Shown: piece after piece, positions 36,746 through 48,900 of the stretch
Layout of the letters: each line of letters opens with the position of its first letter
How positions within the stretch are numbered: position 1 is the first letter of the stretch
Source: Styela clava
Taxonomy: Eukaryota
Assembly: GCF_964204865.1 (NCBI RefSeq)
Contig: NC_135253.1
Coordinates: 6,572,001 to 6,636,000, forward strand
Length of the DNA: 64,000 bases
Direction of reading: 5' to 3'
Notes under the pieces: generated by a model
The model's input: the letters and a program-made list of their open reading frames with translations, nothing else
What the model was told of the DNA's origin: nothing
The model's database searches: none
Position numbers and translations under genes: made by a program

Positions 36746-38053
36746 ATGAGGCTTACTCCTTATATGCAGAGGCATAAAGTGTCAAAGTACATGATTGGAG
36801 GTGTTTTGGATAAAGATGCCTCTATTGTCTCAACATGCAAAAGCCATCGCTTGATGCTGCATGCTCAACTTATCAGTTCTTCTGGTACTGGCTCATATAA
36901 TATCCTTCCTATGGGCCTGAGAGCACTTGATAAACTGTATAAGATAATTGACAATGAAATGTTGAATATAGGATGTTTGAAAATGAGTTTGTCATCTCTG
37001 TGCAGTGCAGCACTTTGGAAAAAATCCAAGAGATGGGAAGCTTTTGGAGATGAACTCGTGAAACTTAAAATGTCCAATACTGAATATTGTTTAAACCCAA
37101 CACACGAGGAGGTTGTGACAAATATGGTAGCATCCACTGGATTGATTCCAGCAAAAAATTTACCTATGAAACTTTATCAAATAACATCGAAATTTAGGGA
37201 TGAGCCTCGGCCTCGTTTCGGATTGTTGCGATGTAGAGAATTTCTGATGAAGGATCTGTATACATTTGATAAAGATACAGAATCAGCAATGGAAACCTAT
37301 GAACTAGTCACACAAGCATATGAAAGAATACTAAAAACATTGAAATTGAAATATATAAGAGCTGCCTCATCTTGTGGCAACATGGGTGGAAAATTAAGTC
37401 ATGAATATCTAATTCCTGCTGATATTGGAGAGGATAAAATATATGTATCTGAAGATGGGGATGCCTGGAATGCTGAATACGATGAATCTTTGGCTTTGAA
37501 AAGTTCTCAAACAACTGAAATTCAAGCCATTGAAATAGGCCACACATTTCTCTTAGGCCAATTGTATTCTCAGATCTTTGGGGCAAATTTAATATCACCT
37601 GATTCAACGCGATTGCCATTACAAATGGGATGTTATGGGCTTGGCGTAACAAGGATTCTAGCTGGATGTGTTGAACATTTCTCTAATGATGATAGCATTC
37701 GGTGGCCATATGCAATATCCCCTTTCAAAGTTTGCATTATCCCTCCAAAACAAGGAAGCAAAGAACAAAAACACTTTCAGAATATGGATATTGACCCTTA
37801 TAAAGAAATGGAGGAAAATTCCCTTTTAGAGGGTGATGTCATTATTGATGACAGAGATAATTACACAATCGGAAAGAGATTACATGATGCCAAGTTTATT
37901 GGGTATCCAGTAGTTCTCATAATTGGCAAGCATATCTTAGATGAACATTCCAAAGTTGAAGTCTTATTACAAAACAAAAATGAAAGTATATCCCTTCCAC
38001 TATCAGAAGTGGTGCCGGTAATAATCAAAGAATTTGAAGAAGATAGTTATTAA
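36746..38053 (+). CDS. PARS2: Prolyl-tRNA synthetase, mitochondrial, intronless CDS
   Basis: KSHRLML, YCLNPTHEEVVT, LYQITSKFRDEPRPRFGLLRCREFLMKDLYTFD, MGGKLSHEY, IEIGHTFLLG, QMGCYGLGVTRI, IDDR...IGKRL. Bacterial-type ProRS lacking the large editing insertion. First ATG at 36746, after a splice acceptor at 36712. Confidence 0.94.
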   Translation: MRLTPYMQRHKVSKYMIGGVLDKDASIVSTCKSHRLMLHAQLISSSGTGSYNILPMGLRALDKLYKIIDNEMLNIGCLKMSLSSLCSAALWKKSKRWEAFGDELVKLKMSNTEYCLNPTHEEVVTNMVASTGLIPAKNLPMKLYQITSKFRDEPRPRFGLLRCREFLMKDLYTFDKDTESAMETYELVTQAYERILKTLKLKYIRAASSCGNMGGKLSHEYLIPADIGEDKIYVSEDGDAWNAEYDESLALKSSQTTEIQAIEIGHTFLLGQLYSQIFGANLISPDSTRLPLQMGCYGLGVTRILAGCVEHFSNDDSIRWPYAISPFKVCIIPPKQGSKEQKHFQNMDIDPYKEMEENSLLEGDVIIDDRDNYTIGKRLHDAKFIGYPVVLIIGKHILDEHSKVEVLLQNKNESISLPLSEVVPVIIKEFEEDSY

Positions 38054-38634
38054 ACTGACCATATTGTCAATTTATGTATTTTTGCCTATTTGATCATTTG
38101 AAATCCTGGAATGAAAAAACGTTCAATTACCAAAAACAATTGCATTGTATAAGATGGTTGCAAAGTAATTCGGTGCACCTGTGAAGATGAAATCAATTTA
38201 TCAGAGATTATCTCGCGCAGGTGTGTAAGTTTTAATGGAACAATCCATTGACCAGCTCGACTTTCCATAGTGGTCCATTACCTGATGTGGGCAGGTATTT
38301 CCTAAATCCCAACTATCGACCATGAGTCGATTAGCAATGCTCCTGCTAACCAATTTATTTTTCTGTTGTTGAAATGATAATGATGGTGGAGAAGAGAGGT
38401 GAATATGAGAAAACTGATACGGTGTGGTGGTGTGTATCGAGCAGGCCCGGGCTATTTTCACATGAGGAAATTCATTAATTGCAGCAAACATTTTTACCAA
38501 ACTTGAATCTCGGCCAAGTTCTGATTCAAGTAAGAATTTCCGTAATATATAAAAAGCAAGTTTATTCACATATCAAGTCAATATTTGGTTACTGGGTAGG
38601 GCTGCGCGCACGGCAATTGCGGGCTGCTGGATCT

Positions 38635-38760
38635 ACGATGTGGCGCATCGTGGTAAGCGTTAGGAATACGCTAGCATGGATACCCTTCGTGGGTTCGAAT
38701 TCCGTGGTGGATAATTATGCGTAACTCGCTGGTAGGTAACGTCGTCCTCCAAGTCCATAG
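38635..38760 (+). mobile_element. Truncated tRNA-SINE head
   Basis: TGTGGCGCATCGTGGTAAGCGTTAGGAATACGCT...GGGTTCGAATTCC...CCAAGTCCAT. Confidence 0.75.
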
Positions 38761-38765
38761 TCTAA

Positions 38766-39035
38766 AACTGGTTCTCAAACGTTTTAAGCCACGACCCCTT
38801 TTTTGGGTTTGTCAAGTCTCGCGCCCACCTCAAAAATAACTGGCTAATAATATGTTACAAATAGTATAGTAATGAAAATATGTTTTATTAAAAAAATACG
38901 TGGATGGAACTTAAATATCCGAAATAGAGAAACGTAAATATCCAAAATAAGACGGGCAAGATCTAATCTAACAAATATTTTCATTTTCTAATTAGCTTTT
39001 TAGGCCCCTCGCGCCCCACCGTCTGATAACCACTG
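38766..39035. mobile_element. Degenerate hAT MITE
   Basis: Ends resemble CAGTGGTTCTCAAAC (TGGTTCTCAAAC ... TGATAACCACTG); TSD is not clean. Confidence 0.5.
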
Positions 39036-39625
39036 TTCTAGACGGATCCGATAGGCTTGACAATTTGGGAACAACATACGTGAACGGCGTACCTCTTCTC
39101 ACGAAAAGAAATCCCATATTCCCCGACATGTGCGCCCTCATTTAACTTTAGCCCAGTCATCTAATCACTGATGGAATCAATCACTCTTACTTCAATTTTT
39201 TGTCATCTTACTCGACATTTTTCTGTAATGTACAAATGATTAACCTAAATGTCAATTAGACTCAAACTGTTTTAGTGTATGTGGTAACACCTTTTATTCT
39301 ATGTTATCGCAAATTAGGCTGAAACAATAATGGAAATATTAGGTTTATTGCAAATAATTCAAGACTTGGAAGCGAACTATTCATGCCCTCTCCTTATTTA
39401 CCAATCATTTTATGTATAAAGAGTGTTATCGGCTTATCGCACCGTCCAGTCGAATTCAACTTTTGATAGCCCGAACACTAATAAATATTGAACCCCAAGA
39501 GAAATGAACTTCTTGTTGATATACTACGACAGAAAATTGGGAACAGTTATAATATTGCTATTGGCCCTGCAACTACTATTTATTGTTAAACAGGCAGTTA
39601 AACTTTACCTGCTTTGCATTTCAAT

Positions 39626-39648
39626 TATATATATATATATATATATAT
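39626..39648. repeat. (TA)n microsatellite
   Basis: Direct TA run of ~22 bp. Confidence 0.85.
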
Positions 39649-42600
39649 ACTATAAATCTATAATATGCGTAGCGGACATGACTATGTTTGCCTTATCAAA
39701 CAGTAATCGACATACTTGGATAACATTCTGACTTTTGCATGTACATGTTTACATTTTAACATGAGCATAATGTGCGCCGATGTTGCGTGAATTTCAACAA
39801 CTTTTTAGTGGGCCGTTTAGTGAAATTCGAAACATCAATATGGGTACCTATAATAATAAAGTAACGTTTCTAAGATTTCCGAATGGACCTATTAACTTGA
39901 ATATGAAAGAACGCTATCAAGTCAATTCTATCAAATTTTAGAACGGATACGCAGTGACGAATGTGACGACATTTCAGAAGTTTTATTTAAAGCAAGAATA
40001 ACATAGACACGTTAGAAAAATACAAATAAAAAAAATACAACGAATGCCAGAGCCAGGAGCAAATATATTGTTCACTTTTTTATTATTATTTTACGGTGGC
40101 GATAAAGACGATCACAACCGTCACGAAAGATAATAATTAGAATGAAATTAATTTGGAAATTTGGGTTGCAATTCCGTTCCCAACGACTCGTCGACAATGA
40201 TTGCACGATAGCTTCCGAGTTTGTCGTAAAGAACTCGCACCTCGTTCTGCGGAACATAAATAATTAACATCGATGTCCACCAGAGCGCATGACGTGATAC
40301 ATGTGTGCTAAGGATAACCGACATTAGGATATAGGGGGCACCAAAATCACAAAACATACTTTAGCCTATGCCCTATATCAGTGGTTCCCAATCTTTTTTT
40401 TTGCGACCCCAATTTTTTTAAAATCAAAGCCCACAGATACTCGCGACCCCACAACTAGAAACGTTGAGCAACTTCAGAAATCAGTACTGTGTATCATTTT
40501 AATTACCTCAATGGGAACAATGTAGCCTACCTGTATATCAACTGAAAGTGGACGTTGACGGTGAACATTGGCCCAAAAATATACGAACGAGTTCGGCAAT
40601 GCGCCGGAAAACTGGGGAACTTCGGAAGATTTGATAACACATGGCATTGTAATGAAAACCACAGTGTAAAAATCTCTTAGATCAGAATTATAACGCTTCT
40701 TTCGCAAAGCATAGACGGACTTGATAAAATGTGGTAGATTGTAAGAAAGCTTAAGATACCTCGGAAATAGTAAGATTCGGAGATAGTAGGATGCTTCTAA
40801 TTATACATAAATTTTAAATCTCATTTAGTATCTTCCAACAGTGTCTTTATCATTTTTAGTACAATGTTAACATATTACAGATTGATCCATTATTAATTTC
40901 AAAGTAAAACAGAGCATGAGGGTAAAATAGGAAAAACATGTACAGAATCACATCTTTCTGGTGCCTTTCATTATGCTAGAACTTATTGTAGTTTTGTGTT
41001 TGACTACTCGGAATGCGTCGATTCTTATTCAGTTATACGAGTTCCAGTACCCGTGCTTTAGTACCCAACTAGATTAAAACAAAGGTGATTGAAATTCAAG
41101 AAAGAAAAAAAAAAGTAATCCAATCCATTTCTAATCACAATAATTAGTAGGTAAAGATATATTATTATATCTGTTCAACATTCCCATAAAAATAATTTTG
41201 TGCAAGTGAAAAGTCCCCCAATTAATATTTTGTTGAGGTCTATTAATAAGAAATTAAATTCCCTTTTATCCTTTTACTCCTTTTATAACTAGCATAATTG
41301 CGTTCTAGCGAATGCGTATTTAGGGTTAATATGAAACTTATATCAATTCGGTTGTTTTAGAAAATACGTGTAAATTTAATAAAATTAAAACTCAACCATA
41401 ATGCAATTTAAGCCTGTGAAAGCACAAAAAGTACGACATAAAGTGTGCAAGAATGTTCATTTTTTCAAACTCAATAAAAAGTGGATGAATGTGGAGCTAG
41501 TATGGCAAAATATAACGTAAAGTATAACATATTATTCTATTTTTGTATTCCATGACTTTCGTTTTGTTAAAAATATTGTCCCAAATATTATATGCAACAA
41601 ATAACGTCATCCGAAGTGTGTAGGGGATTACCCAGGGGAGCTTATCAGTTACAGACGTTTCTTTTTCAACATTGCGCAGATGAATTATGAAGGGAACTGG
41701 TTTTATATTTTTATTCAATTGACTTATGTGCTAAACTTGTTGCTAAAAAGTGAAATCGGATAGATGATATTATATCTGTATAGTGGTTAAAATCTGCCGT
41801 ACACGGAACGCGGGAGTTCTTTTGAATCCGTTTCGCATGAGTAATTTTTTGTTTCTCCACAGACTTGTGCTGGTTCTATCAGCTGACTATTTCCCCAGAC
41901 AATCGAATTCAGTTGCAGCTGCTTTCTGGCGGTATCACAGGTTAACTACCTAATTAGTGAGACAATGACAGAACTGGGTTAGCATGCGTTAGAATTAATT
42001 TGTACAACATTCCGATATAGCCTTTTGAGTTTACAGGTTCATAGGATGTGAAAATTTCACAATATTTCTCTATACAAGGCTGTAAACAAGCTTTTGAGTC
42101 CTGCACAATCTGACTGTGTAAAATTTAGGTATTGTTGTTGAGTCACTCGCATATGATAGTCTACTGAACGGAGAGCAGAATTCAAATACTGAAATGTTTC
42201 CAAGCATAGGTTTAACTGCTTATAACTGTATAAGTTACATCAGTAATTGCCAGGTTGGGGAATACTGCAGTACTGGATAATAGGTACCAAATGCAACATG
42301 CTGACATGGGACTTTCAATCTGACATCTGATTTCGTGTTTCAGATTTTATTTGCATAAACGGTCAAAACTGACTTAGATATTTATTTCTGTATTTAGGCC
42401 TACAGATTAATGAAAGAGATATACCCATATAGGAAATTAAATAATATATAAATTTGCAATTACAGAATTATAGGCTATTTATATGTTCTGGCATTTAAGG
42501 TTATTTGTATGGTAGAGTAAAATATAAACAAACTACTTACTACTGTACTACAGTATGGACCATAAACTGTAAAATTTAGACTATAATTTTAATGATGTTT

Positions 42601-42904
42601 GCTGATACTACTTTTATTTTATTGCAAATATACAAATAGGCTATTTGCCTAGTTACCGTAGAATTATGCAACCAAACATATTGTATATGATAATGATTTC
42701 TTTTCTTTTGGAATAATCTCTCTATTTTCATAATATTCTGATAGTACTGTTTTATTATCAACAATGTGATTTGTATCTAATATTATTTAGATTTTTAAAA
42801 TTAAATCTCCTTTTTAGCATGCATTGTTCATATATGTAGTTGCATGTTGCATAATTGTATACCGTAATTTTGTGGAATAATTTGTAAAAAAGTAATTGAT
42901 AATA

Positions 42905-45900
42905 ATGGATGATGAGGAGAGAAAAAGAAAGCTTGAAGCTGGCAAGGCAAAGGTTGGACGGCAAAATTTCTCTTTATTATTGATGTAATATTTTCAAAAT
43001 GGTTAAATTTTCGAAATGCTAATAGGTTACTTTCAATTTTCCCAGATTTTCCTCGAGTCCCATGTGGCCTGATATTTTACCGCAAATTTAGCTGAATTCT
43101 AAAATTCACAGGCCCATCTTTATAGGGCTTTGGGAATAAATTTTTTGAACATTGTATTGTGGTGGCATGTGGTTGGTGAGGATATTTGTATATCACTGTA
43201 AAATGATTTTATCTATTTATTTGGTCTTATTACATTTTTTTTCAGCTTGCAAGTTTTCAAAAGAAGAGAAGAACTGGGAAATCCCCTAGAGTCAAACGAC
43301 GCAAAGATAAAGATACTTCAGGTATGGATATGGTTCATTTCATGAATATTGCATTTCTATAAATTGATTAATAATTTCAACTATAAAATGAATAGTTGCT
43401 TAAAATTGAAGCACCAAGAAAACATTGCTTTTATTACCATGCCTTTTTATACTACAGATTTATATAAACATAGCAGTTTTTATTTGAACAAAAATTACGG
43501 TAAAACATTGAAACTTTTTCTGTTATTAGCCCACCACTAAATTTCATATCTTTTTTCTAATACCGTAAGTAAAAGTATCGATAAAAAAAAACCATGGGTT
43601 TGAATCTATCCTTAGCTATGCTAACCAAACCTAGGAACCTAATTAGTATCAAAGAAAATTTGTGATGGTAAATAACAGCATAGTAACCAAAATTGTATTG
43701 AAAATCAGTATCCAAAATAGTATTGAAATCAGTGATGCAATTCCCATTTATGTATATCAAACTCTATTTTAATAATATGTCAAAAACTTAATATCCTCTT
43801 GAATGATGCATTTTTGTGCTGTTTTACCTATATGTATATATTTTCACAATAAAAGCGACTGATGAAGCATTAAAATCAGCTGGAGCGGGTGATAGTATTG
43901 CGGTGCAGACTGGATCTGACAATACTGAACATAGATTAGCCTTATCTGAAGATTCCGATGTATCTACAACAGCTGATGAAATTTCAACAGAGGTAGATGA
44001 AAATTTGGTATCTCTCAACTTTTCTAATTGTAAATGCAATTTGATGCTGTGAAGATGATCAAAAGATATACCTAAATGGATGCAAATTTCAAAATTGATT
44101 GGGAATTTTCTATTTACTTTTTCTCAGTAATGAATAATAGTCCAGTTTGTGATGATATTTTTATATATTTGAATCTTTAGACCTATGAAATGCAGGCATC
44201 TAATTCCCACTATTAAAACCAAATCAGAGTAAATGACAATATGTTATATACAGGATGACCCCAAAAAACAGAAGCCAGGTCACCTTGAACATATTTTAGA
44301 AGGAACTAAACTTTTTTGGGTAACTTAAAACATTTTAGATTACTGAAACTTCTGGGTAATATATTACACAAATATAAGTTCAGGTGGTAAATAATTTTTT
44401 TTTTATTTTCATTTAATAAGTGAACATGATAAGATTGATTCAAGAACTTTATGGGTCACCCTGAAATGTGAAATATTTCTCCAAAAATGAAACAGTTCTA
44501 TTGCGCACTTATAGTTTTTGACAAATAAAATATACTGATTTTTAGGAAGAAGCAAGTTATGCTGGAGGTCTTTCTCCAAGAGAGAGAATTCAGGAACTTG
44601 AACTAACTGTATCAGATCAACAGATTGCGTTGCAAAAATTAACATTGGAAAATAAGCAGCTTCGAGATAAAGAAGGTAATGGATATAATCATACCATTAA
44701 ATTGATGAACGGTAAATTGAAAATATTTAATTATGGAAGCGATTAATGTTCTACCCCCAAATCTGACATATCTTTTAGATAAGGAATACTCTTTGGGTAA
44801 ATTTGTCAAATGAGTTTGTTTGGGTTTAATTTCAGTGTGCAAAAATGTTGTTAACAGCATTTTTTTGGCTGGTAGTTCAGTGTTTGGGATTCAATTGATA
44901 GGACCATGTGAAGCAGTTTTATAGCGGTATACGGTATCTATTATTACCTTAAGATAATAAATGCAAATATTTCGAATTATTCCTAATAGTAGGCTTGATC
45001 AACTTTGAAAGTTCTCTTATATGTCTTGCATCAAGTTGTATATTATTGTCTTTTGAAATCAGTAGATGCAAACAACTTTTTTAATATTTGTGTTCTGACT
45101 TAATTTTTCATTTATAGGGGAACTTGAAGAGACATTATTAGCTAGAGACTCTGTGATTGGAGAATTAAGAAAAAATGTTTCAGAAACTGCTTCTCATGTA
45201 AAACAACTTCAAGAAAATCTTTCCAGTGCTACAGAATCTGTACGTGCTTCAGATGGTGACCAAAACGAGGTAGGTCTTTCTAGTTATGAAACGATTTTTG
45301 CCAATATAGAAAGCTGATGAATTCGATTTAGTGGTATTTTATTGAATCTTGTAATTGCTACGTACCGTGTTTCCCTGTCTAGATTACTGAAACTTCTTGG
45401 TGCAATCATACACAAACAGAAGTTGAAGATTTGAATATATTTTCTTCAATTTCTTAGAAATAATTAAGAAATTTATCAGTTTTATTTTTTTCAAGTCACC
45501 CTGTACATGTTGGATTTTACTGTATATGTTTTACTGTGTAACTTCATAATATATGTTTCAACTGAATCCTTATCATTAATAAACAGATTGTGTCTCAACT
45601 TGTGGAAGCCAGAAAAGATCTGAAAACTTATGTTGATGCTATTCATGGCCAAGAAGAAGCAATGAAACAAATGGCATCCAAACTTGAACAAAAAAGTATA
45701 GAAGCTGAGGAGGCTCATGAACTATGCAGATCACTTAAAGTTGAATTAGATAAAACAAGACCAACTCAGACATTCAGCATTGATGATACCCAGTCAGGTT
45801 AGCTGCACAACCTCGTTTTAGTCTATAGCCTACATATATAAATAAATGTATATCTTCGCATATAAGCTACTAAAACAGCCCTAAAACGATGAATTTATGG

Positions 45901-48900
45901 AAATTCGCATATAAGCCGACCTTACAAATCTTAACATGCCGTATGCACCTATCATATCACATAGCGTAAACAATCAAGCGATCATGTGTATGACAACCAA
46001 TCACACACTGTTATTGCTGTCATAGTGTAAACACGCACACGATTTAGTTGGGTTTTATCTGCACACAGCTATTATGATCATTTGCAAATATAAGTTGTTT
46101 ATTTACTATAATCCTTTTTTTTCTCGGTTTTATGAAATGACTATTATGGATTGCTGTCCAACGAATTAAGTTTAAAAAAAATAATTAATTTTTGAAAAAG
46201 TGCAATTTCAAAGATTAACATAAATTATTAAAATCTAAATTTTTAATTTATGTCACATTTGTGAGGTCAGATTTAGCTTATGTATTCAGAATTTCCATTA
46301 ATCAAAATTTATTGTAAAACAAGAGCATAAAGCATTGTGGCACAACATTGCGGATGTATCTTTCGCTTCCCTCAGATATAAGTTTTTTCATCATTAATAA
46401 ACACTGCAATTAAGCATTCTGAAACTGAACAATTGCATGTGTATAAACATATTATTACATTTGCATCAATTTTTTCATGTATCGGATAAATAAATATATT
46501 TTTTTATTTTAAGATGCTATCCAGGCATTACGCTCTGAATTAGAAGAACAACATGGCCATCAAATTGCTTTGTTGAAGAAGGAACTTGATAAAGCTCGTG
46601 AAGAGATTACTGAACTACAAGAAAGAGAGGTTTGTGTTAGATTTTTGCTACAATGTGCAATGACTATCTCAGTATAAACTGATTTATTATATTTCATAAA
46701 TATTCAAATCGATATAAAAGTTCTGGAAATTTTCAAAAAAAATGACAAGAAAATATTAAATTTTTGAATAAATGAAAACATTGGTAAAAATAATTAAAAT
46801 TGTAGTGTATTTATATTAAACTGAAAACAATTTGAATTCAAGTCCTGTTTAGATTTTATGGCTTGGATGACACAAATTTATTAATTTTATATCAATCATT
46901 CTTAGTTTGATTTTTGGTGCACAGAATGGGATTCTAATCTTTCACTACTTTAGTGTTCTGGTTAACAATTTCTACCGACCATAGTAAATAATATAAACAA
47001 TACATCTTTTCCCACCTATTATTTTGTTGATATTCTATACTTAACAGTCCTATTACCACAATACAATCATTGCCTTTAAACTGAAAAATGTCCGTTGGCT
47101 TTTATGCTTCAGTGGTAACTGATCTGCCTCCTGTATCAAAACAAGGTTGTCACGAATCACGCTGTACTATCTTTTTGTTTTTTAAGTACTTTTCGGGTTA
47201 TTCTAATAATGGTGAAAAGGTATTTAAGTTAAAGTCACAACTGTATTATAAACTTAGTGTCCTATTCAATTTTCCCTACCAGTCTTGATTTTATTTTTCG
47301 CCCAACTTACAGAAAACATACATATACATAATATGACTATGATTTTAATAATAAATTGAATACTTCATATTTCCTAGTTGAAATTGATACCATATAAAAC
47401 CAAAACTACAAAATATCATGTTCATTTCTATTTTGCGTTTTATAATTCTCTAACTGTGATTTCAAGTATTTAGATATTTCTTATTGTAGTAATTTTTATA
47501 CATACTGGTTATATATATATATATATCTATATGAAGTAGGAGCTAACTTGAACAAATTCATAACAATAAGACTCGACGCATGCCTGTCTAGAACAAAATT
47601 TATAATAAGGACACTCAGCTTTTAACGGATTCTTCACAACTTCACAAATAAGGATTTAAACTGTCTAGCCCACTTGACCACCACTTATACAATTTCGAAA
47701 CTCTTTTGCGTAATCATATTTGAGGATTCCAAACCTTTAAATATTGTCATACTTGTTAAAAAATCGAGCATTTATTAGTTATGGCCACACTTGAGGGATG
47801 GGTATATCGTCTTTTTTCTAAATGATCTAATATATGAACCATACTTGGGTTTGAAATGAAATTTATACAAATACGCATGGGGGTTTGTTTTTATAGGGCA
47901 AACATAATGATATTTGCACACTTTTACTATCACCGGTCTTCAAACAGACTTTATTGTTTAACTCCCTTCTTAAACACATAGACGCTTTAAAGCTGTTGTT
48001 AACGTCTCAAGCATTTCAAATATAAACTTCTTTCTTTTTGGATCGAGTTTCATATTCTTTTAATATTTTCACAACTGAAGCGGACAATTCAAATTTGAAA
48101 AACACAGCAGGATTTTGTTTTGGGTTTTATTGTTTGTATCGCGTACAGCATCTAGTAAATGTGAAATAGAGAAGCGTGTTTTGTATCAAGATTAACCTAT
48201 CCTATTGGAACGAATAAGGAATTTTGAATTGATTGTAAAATTGTTACTGCTGTTGTGCTGTTGATGTTATTTGAAAGTTTATTATTTTTAATTAAATGTT
48301 ATAGATTAGCAAGGTTTAGTTTGTTTGTGTTCAATCAAGTTAATAGGCTTTAGTATTGGAAGTAGATATTTATAGGGAAGTTTATAAAATTACTGAAGCG
48401 CAAAGCGTAAGCTATGATTTATATGTGCGGTATAGAGGAACTTGCAGTGTATACTGTAAAGTGTTATTTTATGGTCGATATAAAGATTGGTATTTTAGAA
48501 AAAATGCGTTTAAATTGTGCATTATTCATTATTTAATAGTTGCATAGTCATTATTATAGTTTATAACAATTTGGGAATACAATTTCATGTATTACTCGAT
48601 TTCTACTTCAGATTTATTGTTAATATAATATTATTGACTTTTTTGATATGTGCGAACTGGATAAAGGTAGGCTGTGATAATATGTTTGGTATATCTGTAG
48701 TAGTTTGTTCTATATTAAATATGGACATGTAGGCTATACATTTAAGCATAATGTTATTAAATACTTTGATTTGCTTACATACTGTCATTGACTTTTATTA
48801 AACTACCGGTATTTTGTTTGTGAATATTTTTTACCATTAAGATATTTTCTTGTATATATTTGTTATTAATAGACAAAAGTATTTTTATAAATTAAATTAA

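Noticed and set aside
17898-38053. Bacterial contamination or horizontal transfer as the source of the intronless, operon-like genes
   Set aside because: COPZ1, SPC24, EMC8, ZCCHC9 and the others are eukaryote-type proteins interleaved with spliced EAPP and host SINEs. PARS2 is bacterial-like only because it is mitochondrial.
38086-38724. ORFs of 60-122 aa downstream of PARS2
   Set aside because: No recognisable motifs or splice support; one overlaps a SINE head.
39650-40460. CpG-rich repeat-like stretch and a lone hAT left end (CAGTGGTTCCCAA at 40379)
   Set aside because: Probably transposon debris; no matching second terminus or TSD found, so it was not called.
47540-48010. Possible retroelement (Penelope/LINE) 3' remnant in an AKAP9 intron
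   Set aside because: Only vague similarity; no unambiguous motif could be read.
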